A stretch of 64,000 nt of DNA, from assembly GCF_009914755.1 (NCBI RefSeq), contig NC_060926.1; one strand, written 5' to 3'. The stretch is from the human T2T-CHM13v2.0 reference genome, Homo sapiens. Position 1 is the stretch's first letter; every line of letters starts with the position of its first letter. Below are positions 15,013-32,388 of the stretch, one piece after another. The notes under the pieces are model-generated. The model ran no database searches. It had not been told where the DNA came from and was given only the letters and a program-made list of their open reading frames with translations. The position numbers were made by a program, and so were the translations under genes.

Positions 15013-15357
15013 CACTTAAAAACGGCTTTCCAAATCTGATAAGTTCTAATGATGATGAAGCTACGTATATAGACTTCTCATTGTACTATATTATGTACTG
15101 CATTTCTGCAACTATTTTAATTTTACAGTTTAAAATCACAGCATGCTGTTATTTAACATGAATTGAACCAAACAACTTAAAACTATTTATCAACATTTTT
15201 AGGTAGATATTTCCCATATTACTCCCTCCTTGCACTGTTGGCTCATGGAGTGATCATATGAGTGCGTCTGATGGAGATGTCTCAACTGGTTATGCTCTCT
15301 TATGCTTGAAGTATACAATAGAAAAATTAATCTGGGGCCAAAATCCCAGTTTTGCCT

Positions 15358-16063
15358 TATGATGTTTAATTTTGCATGTCCACTTGATTGGGCCATGAAG
15401 TACCAGGATATCTAATGAAACATGTTTCTGGGTGAGTCTGTGAAGGTATTTCCTGAAGAGATTACCATCTGAATTGGATTGAGTAAAGAAGATGTCTGTT
15501 CCTGATTAAGAGTGGGCACCATCTAACCCATTGAGGGTCTGAATAGAAGAAGGTGGAGGAAGGTTGGATTTGCTCGCTCTCTGCCTGACTAATTGAGTTG
15601 GATTGTTGGTCTTCTCCTGCCCTCTCCTCTTCTGGTTCTTGAGCCTTCAGGCTTAGGCTGGAATCTATGCCACTGGCTCTCTGGCTCTCTGGACCACAAA
15701 AACCCATCAACTTTGATGGATCTCCAACTTGCAGAAAACAGATCATGGAATGTCTCCACCTCCATAATCATACTTAGTTTATATATATACACACACACAT
15801 ATATGAGATATATATGATATATATGATCATATATGTGTGTATATGCGTGTATATATATGCAAATATATATAGAAGCAAAAATCTATCACTAAGTATCAGT
15901 ATGTAAGAAAAGTATAGAAGTTAATTCTCACATTGAGGTAATTATACTCTGGATATTTTAAAAATGCACTTAAAAGGCATATATATAAAAAATATATATA
16001 TATACATATATATATACATGTATCCTATTGGTTATGTTTCTCTGGAGAAGCCTGACTAACACA
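15358..16063 (+). mobile_element. MLT2 (B/C-like) ERV-L solo LTR with internal (TA)n and a foreign ~105 bp insert
   Basis: Starts tatgatgtttaattttgcatgtccacttgattggg and ends cctattggttatgtttctctggagaagcctgactaacaca. Confidence 0.85.
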
Positions 16064-16888
16064 GCTGTTTATGAGTTTTTTGTTTCAGTCCAAGCTATTT
16101 AACTTTTATGGAGAAATGTGAATATTAATACCTATGAGAGGACAACTCTAATCGAATTTCTTGTATTAATATCTCTAGCAGTGTTGTCAAACATCATGTT
16201 CTTCTCTCCAAAAGGCTTCTCTTTGTTCAGTAGGTACTTCATTATGTTTTAGCTTTTGGAATTCTTCCAAATGCAGACTGAAAGTGAATGCAACTTTCCT
16301 AGCTCCCTAGCTTTCTCACTTTCTTGAACATATAGGATTGCATCAAAAAAAAAAAAAAAATGAAAACTCCACTGGAGACAAAGATGATTGTAAAAAATGA
16401 AAACATACTAATTTTAAAATATTGAACCTTGCCTTTTTTTTTTTTCCTTTTCAGAGTTGGAAATGGAAAAGGGAAAAAAAAGCACGGAAATGCATTGGTA
16501 ATTTGTTGAAACCTTTTTGGAAAATACACACAAACACACACACACACACGCACACACAATTTGGCATATGTCATGAACCTCCCTGAGTCCTTGTCATAAA
16601 TGTTGCAGAATCTTACACTTATCTTCTATTCATAATCCATGATTGTGGTTCTTTTGTCTTCTAAATCAGAAAGGAAGTCCCACGGTCATCTGCTCTCTAC
16701 TCTTAATTCTAAATTTGCCAATTTTCCCACTCTTTCTGACCCCTTCTTAATCTCTGTGTGAAATAAGAAACCCAGTCACTCAGCTAATTTGCCTTTCTAA
16801 ACTAGGTATGGTGTGTCTTGGTAATTTGATTACATTAATTTCATAGATTTTTAAATTAATAATTTAATGAAATTATGGAGAAAGTACC

Positions 16889-19980
<3,092 letters not shown>

Positions 19981-22900
19981 GAAAGTGGCTTTTTTAATGC
20001 TTTCCAGATAATAGGTCTTAAAGCTATGTTAGTCACTACAAACTCCTGTGCTGCTGCCTCTTCATTATTGCCATCATGATTATTGGGATTGCTATGTTCA
20101 GCCTTTTACTCATGTTATTGCTCATCTTATTATATAGTGAACCTATCTTTACTTTGTAAGTTCATCATCAGCCTTTACTGTGACAGTTAAAACAGGCTGT
20201 CTTGGTGTAAATTCTCATTTAAATGCTTGTGTTTTAGAAGACTCTAAAACAACATACACAGAGCTGGAGAAAGAGAAGATAGATTTCTCAAGCCATCCTC
20301 TGTACTATTTTTTTAGAAGTAAATTCCCTTAATTTAAAACCACCCTTTAAGCTACATGGGAAAATATTTTCTGGTATTTTCCAACCAAAATAAGCCACAC
20401 TCTCTTTCTTGACTGTTCATGTTCCTTTCTGATTTAATTGTATGGATATTTATATTTTCTGAAAAATAGATATTGAAACTTCTACTTATGCTAAGGAGAT
20501 TCTGAAGGCAGATACTAATCATTCCATTGAACAAACTAAATTTATGATAAAATGTTTCATCTCATTCAAGTCGTGCTGAGTTTAAGATGCCATTTTTCTT
20601 AATGTTGTATCCTGAGGTAATCAATGCTGGACATCCAAGTGAAAAATAATTCACAGAAAATATATGTACTTCAGGGGGAATTATACTAAGGTAGTGAAAT
20701 AAACTTTTGGAAGCACAAATTGCAAAAAGGCACTGTAAATATGTTGAGGCAAGTGAAAATTTTCAGATTCTGAATAGTAGAAACTTTAAATCTACAGACA
20801 TAAAAAGGCAGTGGTGGTGGTTTACGTAACCACCGTCAGATAAAAGGTTTTAACCCTTAGATAAAACAATCAATCTACCATTTCTGTATAAAAGCATAAG
20901 TGCTAATTGAGGACAACCACTTAATGTAAACAGATAGGAAATGTATTAGGGATGTTCTCTTCCTCTTACCTCACCCCACCCAAATGTAGCTGCTACTGAC
21001 CCAGCCTACTATGTGGTTTAGAAGGCAATCGTTTTGCTCACGATTTTTCTGAACAACGAACATTCTAATGTATCTGAATAGCTTTCTCAATATATTATTA
21101 ATACAAAGTCATTTGAAAATATATGTTAGGCATTATGGTTTTCACAGTAGCAAGATGCCAACGACTTTCAAATGAGGAAGAGGAACATATTTATTTCTAA
21201 CGTATTGTTTTAACTGACAGTGACTGTAGCACCAGGGTTCCTTAAATAATAGCTAGTTTTCTACCAATTCAGATAAAATAATTTAAAGTTACTGGATACT
21301 TTGCTTTGTTATACTGCATATTGGCTTCTTCGAATAACTAAAAGAGACAAGCTAAAAAAAAAACCTGGGATAATGGTAAATAAAGCAATTTGTTTCACAG
21401 TTCACGTAGATGGTAGAAACTCATACCAGAATGCATTCTAGAAACTCATCAAAAGTAAGCATATCCGAACTTGGTAATTTCAATGTAGCATATTTTCATT
21501 TTAATAGATTTTTATTAAATTCATAAAAGTTAATGGACTAGGGATTAAGTCATTATGAACTCTGTCCCAACTGCCTGTTATTAATAGCATCACAATTGTG
21601 ATTCCATTGTTAAATACTGTGTTTCTAAATGTCTTTTTTTAGTCAATCACAATTTTTCATCTTAGATTTCTCACTCCAACAATTCTTTCAGATGATTATG
21701 CTACTTGATCTTAGGCCCTACATTTTTAGTGATCTGAAAGCTTTGGTGTTCATATTATGTGTTATATATAAAAACTTTGCAATATAAAAAATCTATATTA
21801 AAAAACCAGGAGACTTCATTTTATTCTTATAACTCAGAAAGATATTACTAACCACACCATTATGACTCTACTAGTACACAGAATTAGGAGATGACAAAAA
21901 TGATCTTTTCTTTAAAATGAGAGCCTAAATTAATCTTCTCAAATCTGATTTTTCAGCACTCTTCTTTACAAAGCAATAAAATCAAAATTTCATTTTAAGA
22001 TAAAATTAAAACTTAAGGTTATATTCAAGGCAGCCTCCACTCTTCAGAACCATATTTTTACTCATTAGCAACACTCAGTCACCATTATCCCAATTGCACC
22101 ACATTCCTTTATCACTCATCACTCTCATTCTTTCCTGGGACACACACAGATTGCTGATAGAAATTTTTTTCTGCAAAGGAAGCATACCTATATGGTAGCT
22201 CATCTGTTCAAGTATAACGTACCTGATATATTTTAATCAATTAATTTAAGCTATTTGTGACTCCCAGAATGTTGCTTTTGAACTGTGCCCTTGTGGAAAT
22301 ACTGTTTTAGAAAGCTTGAATTGAAAAGGAATGGGTCGAAGAAAAAAGTTTATTGTTTAAAAGTAATTAGTGGTTTGGTTATGTACACCACCACTGCTGC
22401 TTAAATCTCAACAGCTAGACTTATTTGTTCATGAGTGGAAAATATTTTGCTGCATTTCATGGGAATAACTAATCTATTGGTATAAATACATCTAGCTACA
22501 TATGTACTTTAAAGAAAAATTTGTCATAAATGATCTAACATCTAGAAGACACTTTTGGAAGCCTAATGCAGTTGGAAGACCTGTTTTGGATGCCCACATA
22601 TATTTTCTTCCTCTCCAAGAACTCAAAGAATAAGCCATGAGGCAACTTATTCACCTCTAGAATTTGAGAATTCATGTCCTCTTGGCAGGCTTAACTTTGT
22701 CCTTCTGAGCAGAGGCATTGTAATAACATCTTTTATGATGGAATCACGTAACACTATGTGACATACCATTCATCAAATAATAAAATAGAAACCACATTTG
22801 TGGTATAATCTTAACTGTGCATATAGAGCTTTGTATTAGTCTACGGTATGTCCTGAAGCTAAATTTGATTACTATTCCTCTAGCAAGATGTTTAAACTAA

Positions 22901-23779
22901 GTCGAATTATGTAGAGTTGTACTTATGGCTTAAATGGCACTCTCCTGTGTAATGCAAATAGAATAGCCACAGCAGTGTGCAAATATATGCATGTAAGAAA
23001 GAATAACATCAGATTATTTGGTACCCAAAGGTTTAATGTATCTTTTTCTGGGAAAACCTTGATGCATTTAAAAACTTTTTTCATTTTCATATTAATGATA
23101 ATTATTATTGAAACGAAGCTTGCACATTTTAAACTGAAAATAAGGCCATTCGTTTTAGTTCATATACAGTTCAGAATGTTTCATCCCTTGACATTTAAAG
23201 AAAGCATTTTAGATGGAAGAATAACTTAATGGTAGTATCAATATGTGCTTTAATGCATAAAGGATACATGCTGAAAAATTAGTGGATTAAAAGATAGATT
23301 TCTTAAATGTATACAAATTTATGACTAATAGATACATGATGGGTACTTACTGGGAAGTTGGGGATGGGATGGTGAGGGTGATCACATAAAATGCTAAGAC
23401 CATATCCTTCATGATCTATCCTTAGGTCATCTCATCAAATAGGATTCTATTCTGGATGAATCGGTTTTAACATCTCATACATTTTTCCCCCTCATGAGAA
23501 GCATTATTTAAAAGTATCACAGGAATAACATAAAATTTAAAGTGACAGGAAAAAATATTCTTTCTTCCTCTGCTTACCTTAATTAGAAAATAAGAAAGTG
23601 TCTGAATAATTAAGGTCAAAAAGTGACAGATTATGTAGGAATGTTAGAAAACATTCACGTTTATACTGAGACATTTGAATACACCTGCATAAGTAGTTTT
23701 ATATGAAACTGACAAATAATTTAAGGAAATCTATTTTTATGCAAAGAAAACATGTTCTATGATGTAGAAGATTTAACAC

Positions 23780-24730
23780 AATGAACAATACATAACTAAT
23801 ATGTCTATTTCAAAAATTCAAAATATTTTATATACAACTTTCACACTGTCAGCAGAATTATAGACAATAAATCAGACCAAAAATTATTAAGTATTTTCAG
23901 AAACCTTAAGAATTTTCCAAAATAATTTACAGGTTAGAGATGAGTGTGGTACCAATATGCGAGAGAGATTTATGATCTTAATTACATTTATTTATAAAAC
24001 AAAAATTTTACATGCACAGGATTCTCAAAAAACCAGAAAGAAATCAAAAGACAAAACCAGAAGTAAGTGGAATAGAAAGAACAGATATTAAAACTACTCT
24101 TAATTTTAAAATAAATAAAAGGCAATTGAATTCAAATATAAAAAATAACTATTGGCGAGAAAAGACACAAATCAGAATTGAAAGTATCTGACAAAATATA
24201 TTTTTAAAGGTAACAAAATAGGAACCATTATGCTTATTATGGCATAATTAGAAATTAGAACATAATTTATTAAAAATACACACATATATGTACATATATA
24301 CAATTAAGCATATACACATACATGTCTAAACTTTGAAGGTTAGGATGTAATGAGCATATTTCTAGAATAATAAAATAAGCTGAATAAGCTAAATAGAAAA
24401 GTAATAGAATACATATAAAGCTCCAAAACAGTAAAAGAAATTGCAGGGAAGGTTAAAAAAATTTCTCACTGCAAAACTCATTAATGGTAAGTACATTTAT
24501 AATTGAGTTTTAGCAAACTCGTTATATAAGAAATAATTTATATCTTAAGTAAACTATTTCAGAGCATTAAAATGGGAGAAGTTAATTTGGGAACTTAGGA
24601 AAACCTTAATAACTTTCTACTTTAAGATAAAGCAAGAAATAACTATTGACAAATATCAATAAAATCAACTCTGCTGCAAAGGTTCTAATTACAATTACTG
24701 TAAATTTGAATTTGCAAGTTAAAATAATGT
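23780..24730 (+). mobile_element. Highly decayed L1M ORF2 fragment
   Basis: A-rich sequence with faint L1 ORF2 motifs (aaactttgaa...gtaatgagcatatttctagaa, aaactatttcagagcattaaaa). Confidence 0.5.
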
Positions 24731-24799
24731 ATTACAACTGAGATTGTCTGTCTCTATCTTTTATCTCTCTATATCTGTCTACCTTTCTATTTCCTGTCT

Positions 24800-25270
24800 C
24801 TCTGAATCACCTCTACCTGAATTTCTTATCACTTTCCTCTTGCTCATTTTCTCTCAAAGGCTAGTTTCTACAGGGTCATTGAATTTCTCCCACCTTAGGG
24901 CCTCTGCACTGGCCATTTCCTCTATCTGGATTGCACCTTCAACCCCTAATAGTTAACAAATTAAATCTCTCACCTCCCTCAAGTTATTTCAATGTCAATT
25001 TCTCAATGAGGCCTTTCTTAATTACTTTATTTTAATTTGTAACCTATCTGCTCCATTACTGGTGTCTTTTGTTTCACTACAAATTGTCTTTCTTCCTTAG
25101 CACTAACCGTCTTCCACTATACCATATAAGTTGAGTTTATTACTGTCCTTCACAATATAACATAAACTCTTTGAAGGTCAATATCTTTACTGGATTTGTT
25201 CACTGATGATTCTCTCATGCCTTGAAGAGAAATGGAAAAACAGAGGCACTAAAGTTGATCAGTAAATTAT
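24800..25270 (+). mobile_element. L2 3' fragment
   Basis: cttagggcctctgcactggccatttcctctatctgga, cataaactctttgaaggtca, tttgttcactgatg. Confidence 0.7.
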
Positions 25271-25386
25271 TTCTACAATGAGAAGAAGAGAAGATATTAG
25301 ATAGATAAAAACAACAGATAGCTACTCAATTTTGGTAATATGTATTTCCTTAAGAAAGTATCCATTGCAAGCAGAAATTCATATTA

Positions 25387-25465
25387 TTAGGTTGATGGTA
25401 AAGTAACTGTGGTTTTTGCCATTCCTTTAAATGGCAAAAATGCAATGACTTTTGCACCAACCTAA
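25387..25465. mobile_element. MADE1 (Hsmar1 mariner MITE)
   Basis: ~80 bp near-palindrome TTAGGTTG...GCACCAACCTAA flanked by TA on both sides. Confidence 0.95.
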
Positions 25466-26749
25466 TATTACATAGTCAACCAAAATAGTCTCTTATAATT
25501 CATTAAATGTACTAAGTACCTCTGATTATTTCACCTTGCTTCTTCAAAATTCTGTGTTTTACTTTTTAATTTTTTGATGAGGTTAGAAATGTGTTTATTC
25601 GTGTGATAGTGATTTTTCTCCTCAAGATTAACCATTCTACTGTTTTCTGTCTCTTATGCCATAAAAATAAATTTATGGCATAAGATATGTCTATGATATT
25701 CTATTTATAATGTTTTCATTAGCATAACTAATGCAGAAATGTAATAAAACATAGGTTGTGTTGTGTGGTGTTTTCATTAGTACGATTTTCTAGACAGTCT
25801 TCTATGGTTGTTTGAAATTTTTATTTGGCCCCAAAATCATTTAGAAGAGAGTACTTTACTTTTTAACAAGTCGACTTTTTTTTCCAAGGTTGCTGTTTTG
25901 TAATTATTGCATCTGTCTCTGCCTATGTTACTTAATTCTAACATTATTGTTATGAAAATGTCAATGTACCATGCCTTTATTCTTTGAGATTTTCTTTGCA
26001 TTCTAATGTACAATAAAGCAAACACATTTATCTATACTAAAATACATATACCCAGAAAAAGAAAATTTACCACGTCTGTACACAAGCATCCTGAAAATGT
26101 GTGTGTGTGTGTGTGCACATGTGTATGCATGCTATGTAACAAATTACTATAAACTTAAAACAAGACATAACACAAAATTTTTATCTTATAATCTCTGAGA
26201 ATCAGGAATTAGATTGTATGACTTAGTTTGGTTACTTAATTCACTGATTTACCAAGCTGCAATCAAGGTGTCAGCCAGGCTGTATTTTCATCTGAAGGTT
26301 CAACTGCAGAAAAGTCAACTTCCAAGGTCACTCAGATTGTTGGCAGAATTCATTTCTTTCTGGCTGTAGTACTAAGATCCTTAGTTTTTTCATGGTTGTC
26401 AGAGTCTACTCTCACCTGTTAGAGATCACCCTCAGGTTCCTGCCACATAGCTCTGCATAGGCAAGTCATGACATAGCAGATTGCCTCATTAAAGAGAGGA
26501 GGATAGAAAGGGAGGGGGTTATATAACAATAAAATCATGGGAGTGACATGTCGTCATATTTCACTGATTAAAAGCAAGTCACAGGTCGTGCTCACATTCA
26601 AGTAGATGGTACTACCCAAAGCCGTGAGCACCATGAGACCTAATGGGAGATACCCAGGAGTTTGTTTTCCATGGTATACTTGTGGTTCCTGAAGACTAAC
26701 TTTCCTCCGCTATACAAAATACATCCATTCTCTCCCAACGTCCTCAAAA

Positions 26750-28117
26750 GTATCAAAACAGCTATATAGACCAATGGAACAAAACAGAAGACTAAGAAAT
26801 AATGCTACATATCTACAACCATCTGATCCTTGACAAATCTGACAAAAACAAGCAATAGGGAAAGGATTCCTTATTTAATAAATGGTGTTGGGAAAACTGG
26901 CTAGCCATAGGCAGAAAACTGAAACTGGACCCCTTCCTTACATCTTATACAAAAATTAACTCAAAATGGATTAAAGACTTAAATATAAGACCTAAAACCA
27001 TAAAAACCCTAGAAGAAAACCTAGGCAAAAGCATTCAGGACATAGGCATGGACAAAGACTTCATGACTAAAACACCTAAAGCAATTGCAACAAAAGCCAA
27101 AATTGACAAATGGGATCAATTAAACTAAAGAGTTCTGCACAGCAAAAGAAACTATCATCAGAGTGAACACACAAACTACAGAATGGGAAAAGATTATTGC
27201 AATCTATCCATCTGACAAAGGGCTAATATTGAGAATGTACAAGGAACTTAAACAAATTTACAAGAAAAAAAACAAACGACCCCATCAAAAAGTGGGCAAA
27301 GGATATGAACAGACACTTCTCAAAAGAAGATATTTATGCTGCCAACAAACATGAAAAAAAGCTCATCATCACTGGTCATTAGAGAAATGCAAATCAAAAC
27401 CACAGTGAGATACCATCTCACTCCAGTTAGAATGGCAATCATTAAAAAGTCAGGAAACAACAGATGCTGGAGAGGATGTGGAGAAATAGGATTGCTTTTA
27501 CACTTTTGGTGGCAGTGTAAATTAGTCCAACCATTGTGGAAGACAGTGTGGCGATTCCTCAAGGATCTAGAACCAGAAAAACCATTTGACTCAGCAATCC
27601 CATTTCTGGGTATGTACCCAAAGGATTATAAATCATGCTACTATAAAGACACATGAATATGTATGTTTATTGTGGCACTATTCACAACAGCAAAGACTTG
27701 AAACTAACCCAAATGCCCACTAATGATAGACTGGATAAAGCAAATGTGTCCCATATACACCATGGAATACTATGCAGCCATAAAAAAGATGAGTTCATGT
27801 CCTTTGTAGGGACATGGATGAAGCTGGAAACCATCATTCTCAGCAAACTAACACAGGAAGAGAAAACCAAGCACCACATGTTCTTACTTGTAAGTGGGAG
27901 TTGAACAATGAGAACACATGATCACAGGGAGGGGAACATCACACACCAGAGCCTGTCGAGGGATGGAGAGCTAGGGGAGGGATAGCATTAGGAGAAATAC
28001 CTAATGTAGATGATGGGTTGATGGGTACAGCAAATCACCGTGGCATGTGTATACCTATGTAACAAACCTGCGCATTTTGCACATGTATCCCAGAAGTTAA
28101 AGTATTCACACACACAA
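26750..28117 (+). mobile_element. 5'-truncated L1PA (L1PA7-like)
   Basis: ORF2 C-terminus ([33 protein letters not shown]) and 3'UTR. Probable short TSD AAAAGT (26746-26751 / 28118-28123). Confidence 0.93.
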
Positions 28118-29261
28118 AAAAGTCTCCTCTCATTTCATCATTAGCTCAAGAGCCAAAATTTCATCATTTATAGAAAGTCTAGTTGTGGATGGGGTTCTTG
28201 TGATATCATTCATTCAGTACAGTTCCCAGGTACAATTTTTTTTCCATCTGAGGAACTGTAAAGCTAAAGAGCTATAAAGCTCTCTGCTTCAAACACCATC
28301 AACATACAAGGGTAGAGAGCCATAGGATAACAATTAGACACATTTCTGTTTAATATGTGGGAAAATGAGAGAGGTTCAAAGACGTTACCTATAAATGTAG
28401 TGAAATCCAGCTTGGAAAATGTTGGTAGTTCCTTGATTTCAAAGACTTATTCTTAGTTATATATCAAGGACTAAGAATAATTTTCCATGGCTCTTGATTC
28501 TGCCTCCTAGGTTCCTGGTTCTGCTCTCTGAGTCACCCTTCCTTTTCAATGAAGTTGAGTAGTTTTATCAGTTTTCTTCCTTCAAAATTTTAGGGACCCT
28601 AGCAGCCCCTTTTCATTTTGTATTATTGCTGTTTATTTCAGTCCAAGTTGGTGTTTTTCCTCTTAATAATTTTCTTAAGAACTTTATAGTTTCTCATATA
28701 TTTCAATACAGTCCATTCCATTAGACCAAAGCCATACCCACAGATCTTCACAAGTCATCCCTTCTCTATTTTTGGCTCCTGCTGAGATGGTTGAAAAACA
28801 ATGCCTTCAAGCTTTATAGAGTTTCTATGGTTTGTTTCATAGGATCTGTGAGGTACAACATTAATCTTGTATGTGCCCTTTGCATGACTGAACACCAATC
28901 TTTTGATTTTTATGAGGCTGGAGTAGAAGGTGGTAGAAACACAATCTCCACCTTTTCTCTAGAGCACACTTTCCTTACAGTGAATCTTAATTTGTTTATT
29001 TCTTGCATATAAAAAAGCAGAGGATTTTAAAAAGCATCCAGTCCTCATTTCTTTTTACTTAACTTTCTTACCTCATTTGATCTCTCCCCTTTCACATTTT
29101 TCCTATAAGCAGCAAGAAAAAGAGTGAGTATTTACAATATTTTCTGTAGTTATATAACCAATTTTTCCTTAGCTATATAACCAAGTTTACCAAACTATAT
29201 AATCAAGTTTACCACTTACACGTTCTGCTTTCCATATACTTGCAGGAGACAAATTCAGTTA

Positions 29262-29597
<336 letters not shown>

Positions 29598-31697
29598 TAA
29601 ATCCATAACTCTAGTTTTCAGTAGGTTCCTCACTTCCTTTTAAACCTTCACCAACAGCATCCTAGCATCTATATTCTACTAATAATCTGTTTAAGACAAT
29701 TTAGGCTTTCTCTATTAGGTCTCTCAAAATTCCTTCAATCTTCGCTCATTTTCTGGTTCTAACACCACTCCCACATTTATGGACGTTTTTTACAGAAGTA
29801 TCCTACATTCAAGTACCAATATCTGAAAGCCATAGTTTTCTACTGCTGTGTAACAATTTACCGCAAACTTAGCACCTTAGACAAACACAGATTTATTTTC
29901 TTACAGTTTCTGTAAGTGAGGAGTGAAAGGCGTAATTAATTAGGTTATTGGCTTCAAGGTTTCACCAGGCTGCAATAAAAGTGACAGCTGGAATGCACTC
30001 TTAACTGAAGGATTGAGCCAAGAAGAGTTAACTTCAAAGCTCACTCAGGTTGTTCACAGAAGTTACTTGTTTAAGTTCTAGGACTGAGGGCTTTGGTTTT
30101 TTGGCTGTCTGTTGACCAGGGGCAACCCTCAGTTTTTAGAGTCATCACAGTTCTCTCCAACGTAGTCTTCTACAGAGTTCAAAATCCAGCAGCTTGCTTC
30201 TTCAAGGACAGAAGGAGAAGGAGAAGGGGAATGAGAGCCTTCTAGTAAGATTGAGTCATATAGGACATAATTGTGGAAGTGATATTCTATCACATTTGCC
30301 ATATTCTATTGGTTAGAAACAAGTCACAGAACCCACCCCTCATTAAGAGGAGGGTACCACACAAAGACATAAAACCAGGAGGAGTGTCATGGAGCTAAAC
30401 AGACCTAGTATAGAGTCTATCAGCCAAACAGATCTAATATAAATACATATTTTATCAATCTATAGACTGTATTATTTGTGATACTAATATCTTCATATAT
30501 AGGCTTGCATACTTTAACAAGCTTGATATTCTCAGATATATAGTAATATGTTAAAGTCTCCCAATATATTGAATTTGTGCCATAATTTTATTATATTTTC
30601 TGCAGATTTTTCTTAATATTTTAATACTTTTCTATTAAATGTGTATGGGTTCATAAGAGGTATATCTCTTATAAATGATAAATTTGATAAATGTTCTCTT
30701 TATATCATTTAATACTTTTGTTGCTGAAGTCATATTTATCTAATATTAGTGACAGAAATTCTTTTTTTCCTCCTTCCCTTCATTTCTCTCTTTTCTAGAC
30801 AACAATACCTGGTTCTCAAATTTAGTAGGTCTTGTAGTAAATACAAACACATGAAATTTAAAAATCTTTGTTAGGAATCTCTTAAATGCATCTCTGGATT
30901 AGATCAATTATGATATAGAGAAAGAAGATAGAGTAAAAAGCAGAAAGCTTCAACAATAAAAACATAAATTAACATTATGACAGTAGGAATTAATATTTCA
31001 TCTCTTGGTTTGATATATTACATTAAGATATTTTCTCAATATGTAACATCCTTCCATTCCTTTCTTAAATATCCGTAGTTATGGTAAAGTGATATTTTCA
31101 TCTTAAATCAGCACTGTTTGGTTGCAAGGAACAGAAAGCTAGTTAATTTTATGCAAGTAAAATGAGAATGCAATAATAATTCTGGCTGATTCATGAAGCT
31201 CAAGGATAATAATGCAGCTGGATCATGAAAATGAGTGGAAATGCGAACTAGAAAAACATCAGGGAATCAATTAGGGGTGTTACTCCTTCTTGGTGTCCTT
31301 ATGAGCATATGTTTATTTTATTTCATTGGATATTAGTTTACTCTATGCCCCGCTTCCCATGGCAGAATATGAACACTAAAAAGCAACCTAATTTTTTAGA
31401 TCAAAGCATATGGAAGGACTTAAATTCTTACTGAGATAAATCTCAAATTTCCAAAGAAGAGAATCTGGTAAGCCTAATCCACTTGTAGTGAAATCAATTA
31501 AAATTTTAGTCAATGTTTGTAATTCATTTGCATTAAAAATATATATTTCATAAACTTATCAGAATGTGCACATTATTAATCAGCTATTTCTAAAACTTTT
31601 GATAGCTGCATATTTTCATATTGTTTCAAATATAATTGAAAATTATTCTTTTCCTCTCTTTTTTATTGAGGATACCTTGTCAAGAGTTTTTTTGGAC

Positions 31698-32295
31698 TGA
31701 GAAAGAGAAATGCAGCCCCTGACCTACAGGAGCTGGCCAAGTTTTATCAGCTAGTCCTTGGTAGTGACATAAGCTGGTATAACACTCACGAGATCATAAG
31801 CTTGTCTTGGTGTTCTTCTGTTGGACATAACCAATTTCTCAAAAATCAACATCAGACAAGGCCACTGTGTAATATTTATGGATGAAGACAAAAACAAGGC
31901 AACTCCATAATCATGTCTGAACACAGAAAAACATGAACATTGTTTAAGACTAAAAATGATCAAATTTACCTTTATCCTGATGAATATGAATGACTGCTAA
32001 TTCTTTACCAATTACAAATTTAGCTTTGCCCTTTCTGTTCTTCCAATAGATAGAAGTTGTCAAAATGAACAATTATAGAATCAGTTCAACTTTCTGATAA
32101 CAGCCAATCTAGAGCAAAGCACTACTTTAAATTCCTTCTCTCCCCAGAAGACCATCTACGGCAAGTGTAAATCATTGTATAAGCCTTTTTTAACATCTGT
32201 AACCGAGATGCCCCATGATTAGCACTTTCCCATTAGCAGTAAATAGAACAACTACAGGTATGTTTCCGATGGTCTTTTGTTAAAAGGCATTTACA
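31698..32295 (+). mobile_element. Old ERV-type solo LTR, subfamily not assigned
   Basis: TG...CA termini (tgagaaagagaaatgcagcccctgac...ggcatttaca), MER-group-like body, and an agtaaa signal near the 3' end. Confidence 0.6.
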
Positions 32296-32388
32296 GAACC
32301 AACTCCTTAGTAAGTATTTATTTAAATACAAAGTTCATGATACGTCAGAAGAGACAGATTGTGCATTAGATTAGAATTAAAATCACCT

